Assembly: GCA_026986375.1 (NCBI GenBank) | Contig: JALSOQ010000010.1 | Span: 26,998-90,997, forward strand | Length of the DNA: 64,000 nt | Direction of reading: 5' to 3' | Origin: Archaeoglobaceae archaeon | GTDB lineage: Archaea > Halobacteriota > Archaeoglobi > Archaeoglobales > Archaeoglobaceae | Part shown: piece by piece, positions 20,303 through 29,048 of the stretch | Layout: every line of letters begins with the position of its first letter | Numbering within the stretch: the stretch's first letter is position 1 | Made by a program: the position numbers and the translations under genes | Notes under the pieces: generated by a model | Told to the model about the DNA's origin: nothing | The model's input: the letters and a program-made list of their open reading frames with translations, nothing else | Databases searched by the model: none

Positions 20303-21217
20303 GTGGACAAGGTTCTTACGCTTTTAATCGCCGTTGGTTTGGATTTAATCTTCGGAGAACCTCCCGAAATAATCCATCCGACCGTCTGGTTCGGGAAGAT
20401 CGTCGAGATCTTCGATAGGTCATACGAGAGACGTTCGTGTTTGGCCGATGTTCTCTTCGGATTTTTCCTTACCCTTCTGCTAATCATAATCGCGGTCGGA
20501 ATAACTTTCGTCTTCGAACTCTTCCACTTGGGATTTTACCTTCTTTTCACTTCGATCTCCATAAGGAGCATGGTGGAACATGCGATTAGAACGGTGGAAA
20601 ACGGCAGGATTCTGAGAGATAGAGTTGGAATGATAGTCAGTAGAGATGTTTCCAAGCTTGGAGAGGTAGAACTAACGTCCGCCGTAATAGAATCCGTGGC
20701 CGAAAACTTCGTGGACGGTGTGTTTGCTCCGCTCTTCTACTACACTCTCTTTGGCGTATACGGGGCGATGGTTTACAGGGCGATCAATACCTGCGATGCT
20801 ATGGTTGGATACCGTAAAAGGGAATACGAGTGCTTTGGAAAGATATGCGCTAAAACTGACGACATCTTGAACTACATTCCAGCAAGGCTTTCCGTTCTAC
20901 TTTTTCTTATCCTAAATCCGAAGGCTTTTGAGGTGGTCAGGAAATACAAGGGGATAAAGCTGAACGGAGGGTATCCGATTTCCGCCATGGCGGGAGTTTT
21001 GGGTGTAAACCTGATGAAACCCGGATACTACTACGTTAGGGCGGGAAGGGATCCCGAAGTGGGAGATATATATAGGGCGGTTCGTATTTACGTAACGCTA
21101 AGTTCGATGGCCATAATCCTCTACACCCTCATGAACCTGCCCGTGGAGTCTATCACGTATCTACCGAACCTCGGCTTTACTTCGGGGATAGCACTCTGCT
21201 CGACTCCTATTAGATAA
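20303..21217 (+). CDS. cbiB: adenosylcobinamide-phosphate synthase CbiB
   Basis: The N-terminal LLIAVGLDLIFGEPPEIIHPTVWFGK pattern and a membrane protein of about 300 aa fit CbiB/CobD. Confidence 0.8.
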   Translation: MDKVLTLLIAVGLDLIFGEPPEIIHPTVWFGKIVEIFDRSYERRSCLADVLFGFFLTLLLIIIAVGITFVFELFHLGFYLLFTSISIRSMVEHAIRTVENGRILRDRVGMIVSRDVSKLGEVELTSAVIESVAENFVDGVFAPLFYYTLFGVYGAMVYRAINTCDAMVGYRKREYECFGKICAKTDDILNYIPARLSVLLFLILNPKAFEVVRKYKGIKLNGGYPISAMAGVLGVNLMKPGYYYVRAGRDPEVGDIYRAVRIYVTLSSMAIILYTLMNLPVESITYLPNLGFTSGIALCSTPIR

Positions 21218-21807
21218 GCGTCCCTTCCGAATCTGAACAGTTCGTCCTCCTTTTTTATCCTGATGATTACGTCGTAGAACATTCTAACTATAATTTCCAA
21301 ATTCTTGTCGTATATGTGTTCAGGACATGTGCTGAGGAGAGTTATATCCTTCGGAATCGCGTCGTATAGCTCCATCAACCCTCTTAGTATTTCCTTCCCG
21401 TATATGACGGGAATCAGATGCATTCCGAAGAACAGGAGCAAGTCGTTCCCCTTCATCTTTCTAAATATCTGCTCCATTCTGACGAACCCTTCTTCTATAT
21501 CGTCGTAAGATATGAACTCGTGCAGTTCTCCGAAAGGAACTTCGTAGCTCTTACCTATTTTAATAACCTTCACGTTGTCTAAAACTTCAGCGATGTCCCT
21601 GTTTCGGGAAACAGATCTGTAAATCTTATCGAGACTTCTACTTACGGTTTCAGAGAATATTAAAACGTATTTGTCTTTGAATCCGAATTTGGGGATGAAG
21701 TGATAGAATATGAACGTGACCGTAGGATACTGTGAATCGTAAACTATTCTCGTTCTCAGATTTTCTAACTTCAATACGAGTTCGTCGATGCTCTCTGTGA
21801 CATCCAT
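21121..21807 (-). CDS. hypothetical protein
   Basis: 228-aa ORF with protein-like composition and no motif I recognise. Its 3' end overlaps the cbiB 3' end by 97 nt (convergent). Confidence 0.4.
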   Translation of the reverse strand: MDVTESIDELVLKLENLRTRIVYDSQYPTVTFIFYHFIPKFGFKDKYVLIFSETVSRSLDKIYRSVSRNRDIAEVLDNVKVIKIGKSYEVPFGELHEFISYDDIEEGFVRMEQIFRKMKGNDLLLFFGMHLIPVIYGKEILRGLMELYDAIPKDITLLSTCPEHIYDKNLEIIVRMFYDVIIRIKKEDELFRFGRDAYLIGVEQSAIPEVKPRFGRYVIDSTGRFMRV

Positions 21808-21891
21808 GATGAGAAGTTGTCAGCATAACAATATAAGTGTTGTGAACTATGCTCGACAATTTTAAAAAAGATGCACACCAAATCGGGCAGG

Positions 21892-22743
21892 ATGATTAGA
21901 ATAGTTAAGATGCACGGCAACGGAAACGACTTCGTTATCATCGACGAGTTTAAAGGAGAATTAGTCCCCGAAAAACTAAAGCCTGACTTCGTTAGAGCGG
22001 TATGTCATAGGAGGTTCGGAGTGGGCGGAGATGGAGTTATATTCGTCCAAAAATCCTCGATAGCGGACGCCAAGTTCAGATACTTCAACAGCGACGGAAG
22101 CGAGGCGGAGATGTGCGGAAACGGGATAAGGTGCTTTTGCAGATATATAGTCGAGGAGGGCTACGCTGGGGAGGGAGTGGTTAGGGTTGAAACTCTCGTC
22201 GGAATTAAAGAGCTCGAAGTTTGGTTCGATGGGGAGTGGTGGATAAAGGTGAACATGGGTAAGCCGAAGTTCGGGAAGGACGTGCCAGCGAGGGAGGAGG
22301 TGTGGGGGAAGATATTCAGCATCGACGGAATGAATTTCGAAGTTTATGCCGTGAACACCGGAGTTCCGCACGCTGTAATCTTCGTGGACGACTTCAACTT
22401 CGATATCGTAGGCGTGGCTCGTAGGATTAGGTATCACGAAGTGTTTCCCGAAGGAACGAATGTGAACTTCGCCAAAGTGGAGTCCCGAAACAGGGTTTTC
22501 GTGAGGACTTATGAGAGGGGCGTTGAGGACGAAACTCTCAGCTGTGGAACCGGAAGCTGTGCTGTCGTAGTTGTTGGAAAGACGATCGGAAAGCTCGGGG
22601 ATGCCGTGGAGGTTATTACGAGGGGAGGAATTCTGAAGATAGAGGTGAACGATGAAATATACATGACTGGAACTGCCAACAGGGTTTTCGAAGGAAATTT
22701 GAATTTAAGAGAACTTAGGGGCTATACTTTTCCGATGAGTTGA
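21892..22743 (+). CDS. dapF: diaminopimelate epimerase
   Basis: KMHGNGNDFVIID, the two catalytic Cys contexts (EMCGNGIRC and LSCGTGSCA). The start at MIRIVKMHG is preferred. Confidence 0.85.
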   Translation: MIRIVKMHGNGNDFVIIDEFKGELVPEKLKPDFVRAVCHRRFGVGGDGVIFVQKSSIADAKFRYFNSDGSEAEMCGNGIRCFCRYIVEEGYAGEGVVRVETLVGIKELEVWFDGEWWIKVNMGKPKFGKDVPAREEVWGKIFSIDGMNFEVYAVNTGVPHAVIFVDDFNFDIVGVARRIRYHEVFPEGTNVNFAKVESRNRVFVRTYERGVEDETLSCGTGSCAVVVVGKTIGKLGDAVEVITRGGILKIEVNDEIYMTGTANRVFEGNLNLRELRGYTFPMS

Positions 22744-23233
22744 CGGTGAAGTTCGTCCCAAAGCTCACGTGTAGGATGAATTTGTAGTTTTCTATGTCCG
22801 GTGATCCGGTCTTGAAAGCGTCTCCGTAAGTTACTTCCACTATCTCCCCAATGTAGAACACGTGATCTCCGGTTTCCACGGATTTAACTACTTTGCACTC
22901 CAAGTTCGCCTGACACTCCTTTATGGACGGAGTCTTTACCTTCTTGGAAGGAACGAACGTCAGACTTATTTTTTCCCTCTTATCCACATCTCTCCCGCTC
23001 ACCGTTCCGGCTATCCATACGTCCTTAAGCAGTTCTATCGTCGGAACCGCTATCACGAACTCCTTGTGCTCGTCTATGAGCTCTTTAGTGAACCTTCTGT
23101 GCCCGACCGCAACCCCGCACATCGGAGGGTTGAAGGAGAGCGGAACGACCCAGTCCGCGGTCATAACGTTCGGCATTTCCATCGTTCCCGAAACTATCAG
23201 ATACGTCCGAAGTGGATACAGATACTCGAGCAT
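22715..23233 (-). CDS. flavin reductase-like FMN-binding domain protein
   Basis: PLRTYLIVSG...NVMTADWVVPLSFNPPM pattern of the flavin reductase domain. The start at MLEYLYPL is preferred. Confidence 0.7.
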   Translation of the reverse strand: MLEYLYPLRTYLIVSGTMEMPNVMTADWVVPLSFNPPMCGVAVGHRRFTKELIDEHKEFVIAVPTIELLKDVWIAGTVSGRDVDKREKISLTFVPSKKVKTPSIKECQANLECKVVKSVETGDHVFYIGEIVEVTYGDAFKTGSPDIENYKFILHVSFGTNFTVNSSEKYSP

Positions 23234-23304
23234 GTTCGGTTTTTGGTTGTAGGAGATATAACTTTGCCGATATGAATTTTTACCCCCTCTCAAGACTTTC
23301 AATC

Positions 23305-24435
23305 ATGATTACGGAAAAGGTAAGGAGGATGGTGGAGGACTACAAGGACGTAACGATCGGCATATTCGGGTCGCATTCCGCTAAAGAAATAGGAATGTCC
23401 GCAAAGGCTTGGGGATTCAGGACTGTAATAGTAGTGCAGAGGGGAAGGGACAAGCTCTACACGAAATACAACCGCCACCTATACGACGAAATAATCGTGC
23501 TCGATAGGTTTAAGGACATGCTGAACGAGGACGTTCAGGAAAGACTTAGGGAGCTTAACACCATATTCATTCCAAACAGGAGCTTTGCAGTCTATGTGGG
23601 CTACGACGGGATCGAAAGGGAATTCGAAGTTCCGATTTACGGTAATAGGTATCTCCTTAGGGCCGAGGAGAGGGACTACGAGAGGGGTCAGTATTACCTC
23701 CTGAAGAAGGCGGGGATAAGGATTCCGAAGGAGTTCAAGTCGCCGGAAGAGATAGACAGGCTCGTAGTAGTAAAGGTTCAGCAGGCTAAGAATCCTCTTG
23801 AGAGGGCTTTCTTCTACGCGAAGTCGCCGGAAGATTACTACGAGCAGGCTGAGAGGTTGATAAGGGAGGGCGTGATAAACGAGGAGGGTTTGAAGAAGGC
23901 GAGGATAGAGGAATACGTTTTAGGGGCAAGGTTTAATGCGAACTTCCACAGCTACGCTTTGAAGGATATCTTCGGCGACTTCGACTTCGTGGGGTTCAGC
24001 GACAGGAGGCAGGTTAACCTGCAGGGATTCCTGAACCTCCCGGCGAGGGATCAGCTGAAGATAGACGTTCCGGTTAAGAACGAAGAGATCGGGCACTTCG
24101 GAGTTACGATGAGGGAGAGCAAGCAGGAGATGGTTTACGAAACCGCCGAGAAGTTTCTCAGGGTGTGTGAGGAGGAGTATCCTCCGGGGATGATTGGCCT
24201 GTTCGGATTGCAAGGAGCGGTGGCATATTCGCCCGAGAACGATACGAAGCTTGAGTTCGTCGTTTTCGACGTCTCGATGAGGGTTCCCGGGGATCCCTGC
24301 ATAGGGCCGACGTCTCCGGAGATGAGAAACCTCAGCCTTAAACACGGAGTGAGAATAGAGGATCCTCTCGACCTGAGCATGATGGAGATAAAAGAGGCTC
24401 TGAGGTCGGAGAGGTTGCCGGAAATAGTCACCTAA
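23305..24435 (+). CDS. purP: 5-formaminoimidazole-4-carboxamide ribonucleotide (FAICAR) synthetase PurP
   Basis: IGIFGSHSAKEI N-terminal signature and an ATP-grasp-like body. The ATG at 23305 is preferred over 23212. Confidence 0.8.
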   Translation: MITEKVRRMVEDYKDVTIGIFGSHSAKEIGMSAKAWGFRTVIVVQRGRDKLYTKYNRHLYDEIIVLDRFKDMLNEDVQERLRELNTIFIPNRSFAVYVGYDGIEREFEVPIYGNRYLLRAEERDYERGQYYLLKKAGIRIPKEFKSPEEIDRLVVVKVQQAKNPLERAFFYAKSPEDYYEQAERLIREGVINEEGLKKARIEEYVLGARFNANFHSYALKDIFGDFDFVGFSDRRQVNLQGFLNLPARDQLKIDVPVKNEEIGHFGVTMRESKQEMVYETAEKFLRVCEEEYPPGMIGLFGLQGAVAYSPENDTKLEFVVFDVSMRVPGDPCIGPTSPEMRNLSLKHGVRIEDPLDLSMMEIKEALRSERLPEIVT

Positions 24436-24802
24436 AGCACCTGCACTTTCTTTCGATGTGTTCTACCCAATCACCACATTCCAAACGTTCGCATCCCTCC
24501 AAATCCCCCTTCCACTCGTATAGCCAAGCTTCCAGTTTTTTATCCTCCATATCTACCACCACCTTTACCCGCTCGTATCCCGACTCGTAGAAGTCGATGA
24601 GAGGAACTTTTTCGTTGGGAACATCGTAAACCTCTACGACTATGCTGTCGTTGGGACTTCCTTTAACCGCAAATGGGATTCTCGACGCGTATAGTTTGTA
24701 ACCCCTAACAATCCCCTCACCGACGAATTCCGCTCCAACGAGCCTGAGCATTACGTTGGCTCCTCCTTTCCTTCTGAGAGTTCCGTAAACTGCCAATAAC
24801 AT
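24428..24802 (-). CDS. gamma-glutamylcyclotransferase (AIG2/GGACT-like) family protein
   Basis: The N-terminal AVYGTLRRKG motif is typical of the family; 124 aa. Confidence 0.65.
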   Translation of the reverse strand: MLLAVYGTLRRKGGANVMLRLVGAEFVGEGIVRGYKLYASRIPFAVKGSPNDSIVVEVYDVPNEKVPLIDFYESGYERVKVVVDMEDKKLEAWLYEWKGDLEGCERLECGDWVEHIERKCRCFR

Positions 24803-24804
24803 CC

Positions 24805-25533
24805 TCAGTCCTCCTCTATCAATCCCCTAAGAATTTTTAAGACGACCTCCCCTTCCTCCTTATTTCTGGCGGTGGTTACGATGTGTATCTCCTGAACGCT
24901 CGATCCGTCGATTAGTAAGGCTCTTATGTTTCCCCTGTCGTCGCACCTCGTGAGCTTGAACCTTACACCACCTCCTACAGCGGTCCCCTTCGCCTCTATC
25001 ACTCCCGGAATGACCTTTTTCACGAACTCCGATCTCGCTATCCTATGCAGAAACTTCATACCCTCCCTCCCGCCGATTACCGTCGAATGAGCCCCGTGAA
25101 TCTTGTCTTCGGGCTTTATGTCAACCCTCTTCAGTTCCCTAACGGTTCTGAGATGTCTTTTTAGGTGATCGAAGAACTCTTTAGGAGATTCGAAGGGCTC
25201 TGTAATGCATATCGACAGAGGAGTCAAAGCGACCCTCTTCAGCATTTCCGAGGCTGTATCGATTAACTCCTCGCTTTTTCCGGAAATATATACTTCATCC
25301 AACCTCTTCTCGTGTATTCTCTCCGCTATTACCTCGAAAACGTTCCTTACAGATTCCTCTTCCTCGTAAACTCTGAATGCAACGCTTTCCTCCCTACTCC
25401 TTCCAACGAAAAATAGGTGGATTCTGGTTTCTTCTACGAACAGACCCCCTCCCAAAGCGTTCCTGTGCCCGCAGTTCAGACAGTATGAAGTAGGAGACCT
25501 AAGCTCCGCAAAGCACCTCTCGCACCTCATCAC
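24805..25533 (-). CDS. conserved archaeal hypothetical protein with an N-terminal zinc ribbon
   Basis: CERC...CLNCGH ribbon followed by a domain of about 200 aa. In an operon-like stack with the ACT and GGCT-like genes. Confidence 0.45.
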   Translation of the reverse strand: MMRCERCFAELRSPTSYCLNCGHRNALGGGLFVEETRIHLFFVGRSREESVAFRVYEEEESVRNVFEVIAERIHEKRLDEVYISGKSEELIDTASEMLKRVALTPLSICITEPFESPKEFFDHLKRHLRTVRELKRVDIKPEDKIHGAHSTVIGGREGMKFLHRIARSEFVKKVIPGVIEAKGTAVGGGVRFKLTRCDDRGNIRALLIDGSSVQEIHIVTTARNKEEGEVVLKILRGLIEED

Positions 25534-25949
25534 GGAATCTCGCCCTTGAAAAGCACTCCTTCCCTCTCCAAAACTTCTATCGCCTTATCCACATCGTCCA
25601 CTCTCAAAATTATCAGGGCCTTTTCCCCTCCGAAGGTGAAGGCGTAAACGTACTCTATGTTCACGTTTTCATCTCCCAAAGTCTTGGCTATTCTGTAAAG
25701 ACTCCCGGGCTCGTCCTTAACCTCTACACCTATGACGTCGTTTATCGCCACCGTAAATCCGGCATCCTTCAAAGCCCTGTAAGCATCCTCCGGCCTGTCG
25801 ACGATCATCCTGATTATTCCGAAATCACCAGCCTCGGCTATCGCGAAGGCTCTGAGGTTTATTCCGGCCTTGAACAGAACTTCCGTAACGCTCGCGAGTC
25901 TTCCCGGCTTGTTCTCGACGAAAACCGAAACCTGCTTCATCGTAACCAT
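25530..25949 (-). CDS. ACT domain-containing protein (two ACT repeats)
   Basis: Two repeats of the V.V.D.PG.L pattern (VFVENKPGRLASV; VEVKDEPGSLYRI). Confidence 0.7.
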   Translation of the reverse strand: MVTMKQVSVFVENKPGRLASVTEVLFKAGINLRAFAIAEAGDFGIIRMIVDRPEDAYRALKDAGFTVAINDVIGVEVKDEPGSLYRIAKTLGDENVNIEYVYAFTFGGEKALIILRVDDVDKAIEVLEREGVLFKGEIP

Positions 25950-25985
25950 GGCAATAGTTATAACCAGAACGATAAAAACGTTTTT

Positions 25986-26064
25986 GAGAATGATGAGACC
26001 GGCTGAGCACTGAGTCGTGATGATAATCGGGATTCTGACCGATGATGACAGCTCGCCGGTCTGA
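25986..26064 (+). ncRNA. C/D box sRNA array with three tandem C-guide-D modules
   Basis: Module 1: ATGATGA 25990-25996, 13 nt, CTGA 26010-26013. Module 2: GTGATGA 26017-26023, 11 nt, CTGA 26035-26038. Module 3: ATGATGA 26042-26048, 12 nt, CTGA 26061-26064, then CTTTTAT. Linkers are 3-4 nt. Confidence 0.7.
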
Positions 26065-26100
26065 AACTTTTATAAGTTCGGCATCCAAACGATCTTAAGC

Positions 26101-26153
26101 CGATGATGAGCTAATCCGCACCTGAGCCGTGATGAGGCCTGTACGGACTGAGG
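26101..26153 (+). ncRNA. C/D box sRNA
   Basis: C ATGATGA 26103-26109, 12-nt guide, D' CTGA 26122-26125, 4-nt loop, C' TGATGA 26130-26135, 12-nt guide, D CTGA 26148-26151. Confidence 0.8.
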
Positions 26154-27211
26154 TCTATGACATCTATTTTCTTAAACTTGCAGAAGTCCTTAAGATCCCT
26201 CCTGTAGTCCCCGTATGCTAAAACGATGTGGTTTCCCAAGCTGTTCTCGACGAATTCATCGACGTCGAAGAAGGGTCTAACTTCCACCTGAGTTCTGCAG
26301 AGTCCTTTTTCGCTTAAGTTCCTCGTTATCTCTCCAAGAGCGATCAGCATTCTCTTTTTTCCGTATCTCGCCAACGTGACGACCTCCCTCCTCATTTTTC
26401 CCCTCACAGCCTTTCCTTTTCCCGATTCCGCATGGATGGTCATTTCGTATGATTCTACCATTGAAAGCGGGACGGTGCAGTGCGCAAGGACTATTCCGTC
26501 TATTCTGCAAACGTTGGCCATCCAGCAAGGTTTCCCCGTTATAGCCCTCAGAATCATCATCGTCAGTATGGCTCCGATGTCCCCTTCGCATCCGGCCGGA
26601 ATCTCTTCGTTAAGCTTTGCCATTGCCAGACAGGCGGTTTTACCGAATTCGAGCAGATCGAAGCACCTTACGGTTACTGCGGACAGTCTGTATTTCCTCA
26701 CGATATCCTTCAAAGCTTCGTAGATGTCTTTTCCGATCAGTTCGTCCATTCCTATCTCCACCACTTCCACGCCCAGATCATAGGCATCTTCATAGTCCGA
26801 GCTGAGCAACCACTCCGAAATACCCCCAACGACCCCGAGTCTTTGCTTCGAATTCAGAAAGTTGCAGATTCCGATGAACCTCGAAACGTGATCGAGGATC
26901 TCACTTCCTATCGGCGAATAGACGAGCTTTACCCTATCCCTGTAAACCGAATAAACCTCCAACGCGGAAGGGAGGGAGTTGTGATTTGGAAGAGCCCATA
27001 TCATTACGGGCTTTTCGGTGGACTCTATAACGTTCGCGATGATTTTCTCGGTTCCTCCGGTGGCCGGGACTATTATAACGCCATCCTCCACCTTTACTTC
27101 CTCGAATTCAGTCAGAAGGAGTGTTTTCATTCCCAGCAGAGATTCCACCCTCTCCTTGACCCCTCTTCCTATCTCAGCCTGCAGTTTCGACGAGACGACC
27201 AAGCAGAGCAT
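26111..27211 (-). CDS. hypothetical protein, possibly sugar (fucose/arabinose) isomerase-like
   Basis: 366-aa ORF with normal composition; the family assignment is only a weak impression. Its last 14 or so codons are antisense to the C/D sRNA at 26101-26153. Confidence 0.35.
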   Translation of the reverse strand: MLCLVVSSKLQAEIGRGVKERVESLLGMKTLLLTEFEEVKVEDGVIIVPATGGTEKIIANVIESTEKPVMIWALPNHNSLPSALEVYSVYRDRVKLVYSPIGSEILDHVSRFIGICNFLNSKQRLGVVGGISEWLLSSDYEDAYDLGVEVVEIGMDELIGKDIYEALKDIVRKYRLSAVTVRCFDLLEFGKTACLAMAKLNEEIPAGCEGDIGAILTMMILRAITGKPCWMANVCRIDGIVLAHCTVPLSMVESYEMTIHAESGKGKAVRGKMRREVVTLARYGKKRMLIALGEITRNLSEKGLCRTQVEVRPFFDVDEFVENSLGNHIVLAYGDYRRDLKDFCKFKKIDVIDLSPYRPHHGSGAD

Positions 27212-27245
27212 AAACGATAATAGACCTGACTACAAAAAACGTTCG

Positions 27246-27298
27246 AGATGATGAGTCGGTTCTCGACTGAGAAGTGATGATAGCCTTAGGCTCTGATC
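27246..27298 (+). ncRNA. C/D box sRNA
   Basis: C ATGATGA 27248-27254, 12-nt guide, D' CTGA 27267-27270, loop GAAG, C' TGATGA 27275-27280, 12-nt guide, D CTGA 27293-27296. Confidence 0.85.
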
Positions 27299-27353
27299 AG
27301 TGAGTACGGCCGTCTTCATCGCTTCCGCTCAGATCCTGCCTGAATCATCATTC
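27295..27353 (-). ncRNA. C/D box sRNA with a degenerate C' box, convergent with the sRNA at 27246-27298
   Basis: On the minus strand: C ATGATGA (27351-27345), 12 nt, D' CTGA (27332-27329), 8-nt loop, C' GATGAAGA (27320-27313), 12 nt, D CTGA (27300-27297). Confidence 0.65.
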
Positions 27354-27412
27354 CAAGAAGTTCGGAAATATTTGAATAAAAGCGTTGCCCTTATATTTCG
27401 AAGTGGATAAAT

Positions 27413-27622
27413 TTGTTCGTGAGACCCATACTCGTGGGAATAGCGTTGTTCTTCGTAGGAATGATCGGTTGGGTCGTCTTCAAGATTCTATCGAACATAA
27501 AAATTGGAATAGTTTACTTCGACTTCGAATACCTCACGCTGATGTTTCAGTTCATAGCCATCCTGAGCATACCCATAGCTTTGGCGTTCGAAATACTGCT
27601 GGCGGTAACGAAAAAAGAGTGA
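27413..27622 (+). CDS. small membrane protein (hypothetical)
   Basis: 69-aa ORF with a TTG start and two predicted TM helices. Coding status uncertain. Confidence 0.3.
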   Translation: MFVRPILVGIALFFVGMIGWVVFKILSNIKIGIVYFDFEYLTLMFQFIAILSIPIALAFEILLAVTKKE

Positions 27623-28978
27623 TCAGCCCAAGATCTTCTTCACAGCCTGCATTCCCATCTCCAACAGTTCCTGCGCCTTCTTCTTAGTTTTAGCCTCCGC
27701 AAAGATTCTTACTATCGGCTCGGTTCCAGAAGGCCTTATGAGGAGCCATCCGTCCTCGTAGTCTATCCTCGCCCCGTCGGTGAAGTTCGCTTCGGGAAAC
27801 ATCTCCTTAAGACCTTCCAAAAGCTTCAGCTTATCCCTGCAAGGCATCTTTGCCTTTATCATGTGATACTTGGGAATGTCCTTCACCAATTCTGATATCG
27901 GCTTGTTCTCCAAGGCCATAAGTTCGAGAATCCTCGCAAAACTCATCGCTCCGTCCCTCGCGAGCAGATGCTCCGGAAATATCAGCCCTCCGTTTCCTTC
28001 CCCTCCGAAAACGGCGTTAACCTTAAGCATAGTCTCCGCAACGACCGGCGAACCTACGGGGGTGTAGATAACTTCTCCTCCAGCCTCCTTTACAACATCC
28101 TCGACGCATCTCGAAGAGGAAACGGGCGTTACCACCTTCCCTCCTCCGTTCTTCTCCACGTAGTATTTGGCCATCAGAGCCAGAATAACGTCCTCGCTCA
28201 CGAACCTCCCATTCTCATCGACAAATGTTGCTCTGTCCGCATCTCCGTCGTGCGCTATTCCTAAGTCCGCCTTAGCCTCCTTGACAACCTTCTTGAGCAT
28301 GCTGAGGTTTTCCTCAACCGGCTCCGGATTTCTTGCCGGAAATCTTCCGTCCGGATGGGAGTTTATCGATATAATCTCGCAACCGAGTTCCTTGAGGAGT
28401 TGAGGAGAAGTCATGCAAGCGGCTCCATTCCCGCAGTCTATGACCACTCTGAATTTCTTGGCCGATATCGCATCTACGTCGACCTTGCTTAGGATTCCGT
28501 CGAAGTATAGTCTCCTGTATTCGTCGTAATAAACCTGCCCGACCTCTTTCCAGCTTGCGAGCTTGAAAGCCTTGCTCTTGTATAGTCTTTCGCACTCCTC
28601 GTCCATGTCCCTCGTGAACTCCCTTCCGTCCTCCTGAATGAACTTTATTCCGTTGTATTCCCTCGGGTTGTGGCTAGCGGTGACTGCAATTCCTCCGTTC
28701 ACCTCTTTCTTGCATTTGACGTAATATTGCAAAGCTGGGGTTGGAGCAATTCCCAAATCTACGACGTCAGCCCCAACGGATGTCAAGCCGGCTATAACAG
28801 CACTTTTAAGCATGGGACTCGACAAACGGGTGTCCATCGCAACTGCAATCCTTCCGCCCCTGTATGTTCCCATAACTCTGCCCAAATTTAGAGCCATCTC
28901 AACGGTGAGTTCCTCGTTCGCAACACCTCTAACTCCATCGGTTCCAAAGAGCTCACCTACCGCCCCTATTCTCGCCAT
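27623..28978 (-). CDS. glmM: phosphoglucosamine mutase / phosphohexomutase family
   Basis: Active-site TASHNP, metal loop HDGDADR; 451 aa. Confidence 0.8.
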   Translation of the reverse strand: MARIGAVGELFGTDGVRGVANEELTVEMALNLGRVMGTYRGGRIAVAMDTRLSSPMLKSAVIAGLTSVGADVVDLGIAPTPALQYYVKCKKEVNGGIAVTASHNPREYNGIKFIQEDGREFTRDMDEECERLYKSKAFKLASWKEVGQVYYDEYRRLYFDGILSKVDVDAISAKKFRVVIDCGNGAACMTSPQLLKELGCEIISINSHPDGRFPARNPEPVEENLSMLKKVVKEAKADLGIAHDGDADRATFVDENGRFVSEDVILALMAKYYVEKNGGGKVVTPVSSSRCVEDVVKEAGGEVIYTPVGSPVVAETMLKVNAVFGGEGNGGLIFPEHLLARDGAMSFARILELMALENKPISELVKDIPKYHMIKAKMPCRDKLKLLEGLKEMFPEANFTDGARIDYEDGWLLIRPSGTEPIVRIFAEAKTKKKAQELLEMGMQAVKKILG

Positions 28979-29048
28979 ATACCATCCTAATTCATCGGAT
29001 TATTTAACCTTTGAGAAAAAATTTTAACCTTAAGGGATAACGGGTTGC

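Noticed and set aside
25825-26088. The 87-aa minus-strand ORF between the ACT-domain gene and ORF 26111-27211.
   Set aside because: It sits exactly on the plus-strand C/D box module array and has His/Arg/Gly-rich composition typical of a random frame.
27301-27344. Assigning a methylation target to the minus-strand sRNA guide. The complement of the guide, ATCCTGCCTGAA, resembles the 16S 5' end ...GATCCTGCCGGA.
   Set aside because: The match relies on my memory of a generic archaeal 16S sequence and contains a mismatch. No rRNA gene is in the window to test it.
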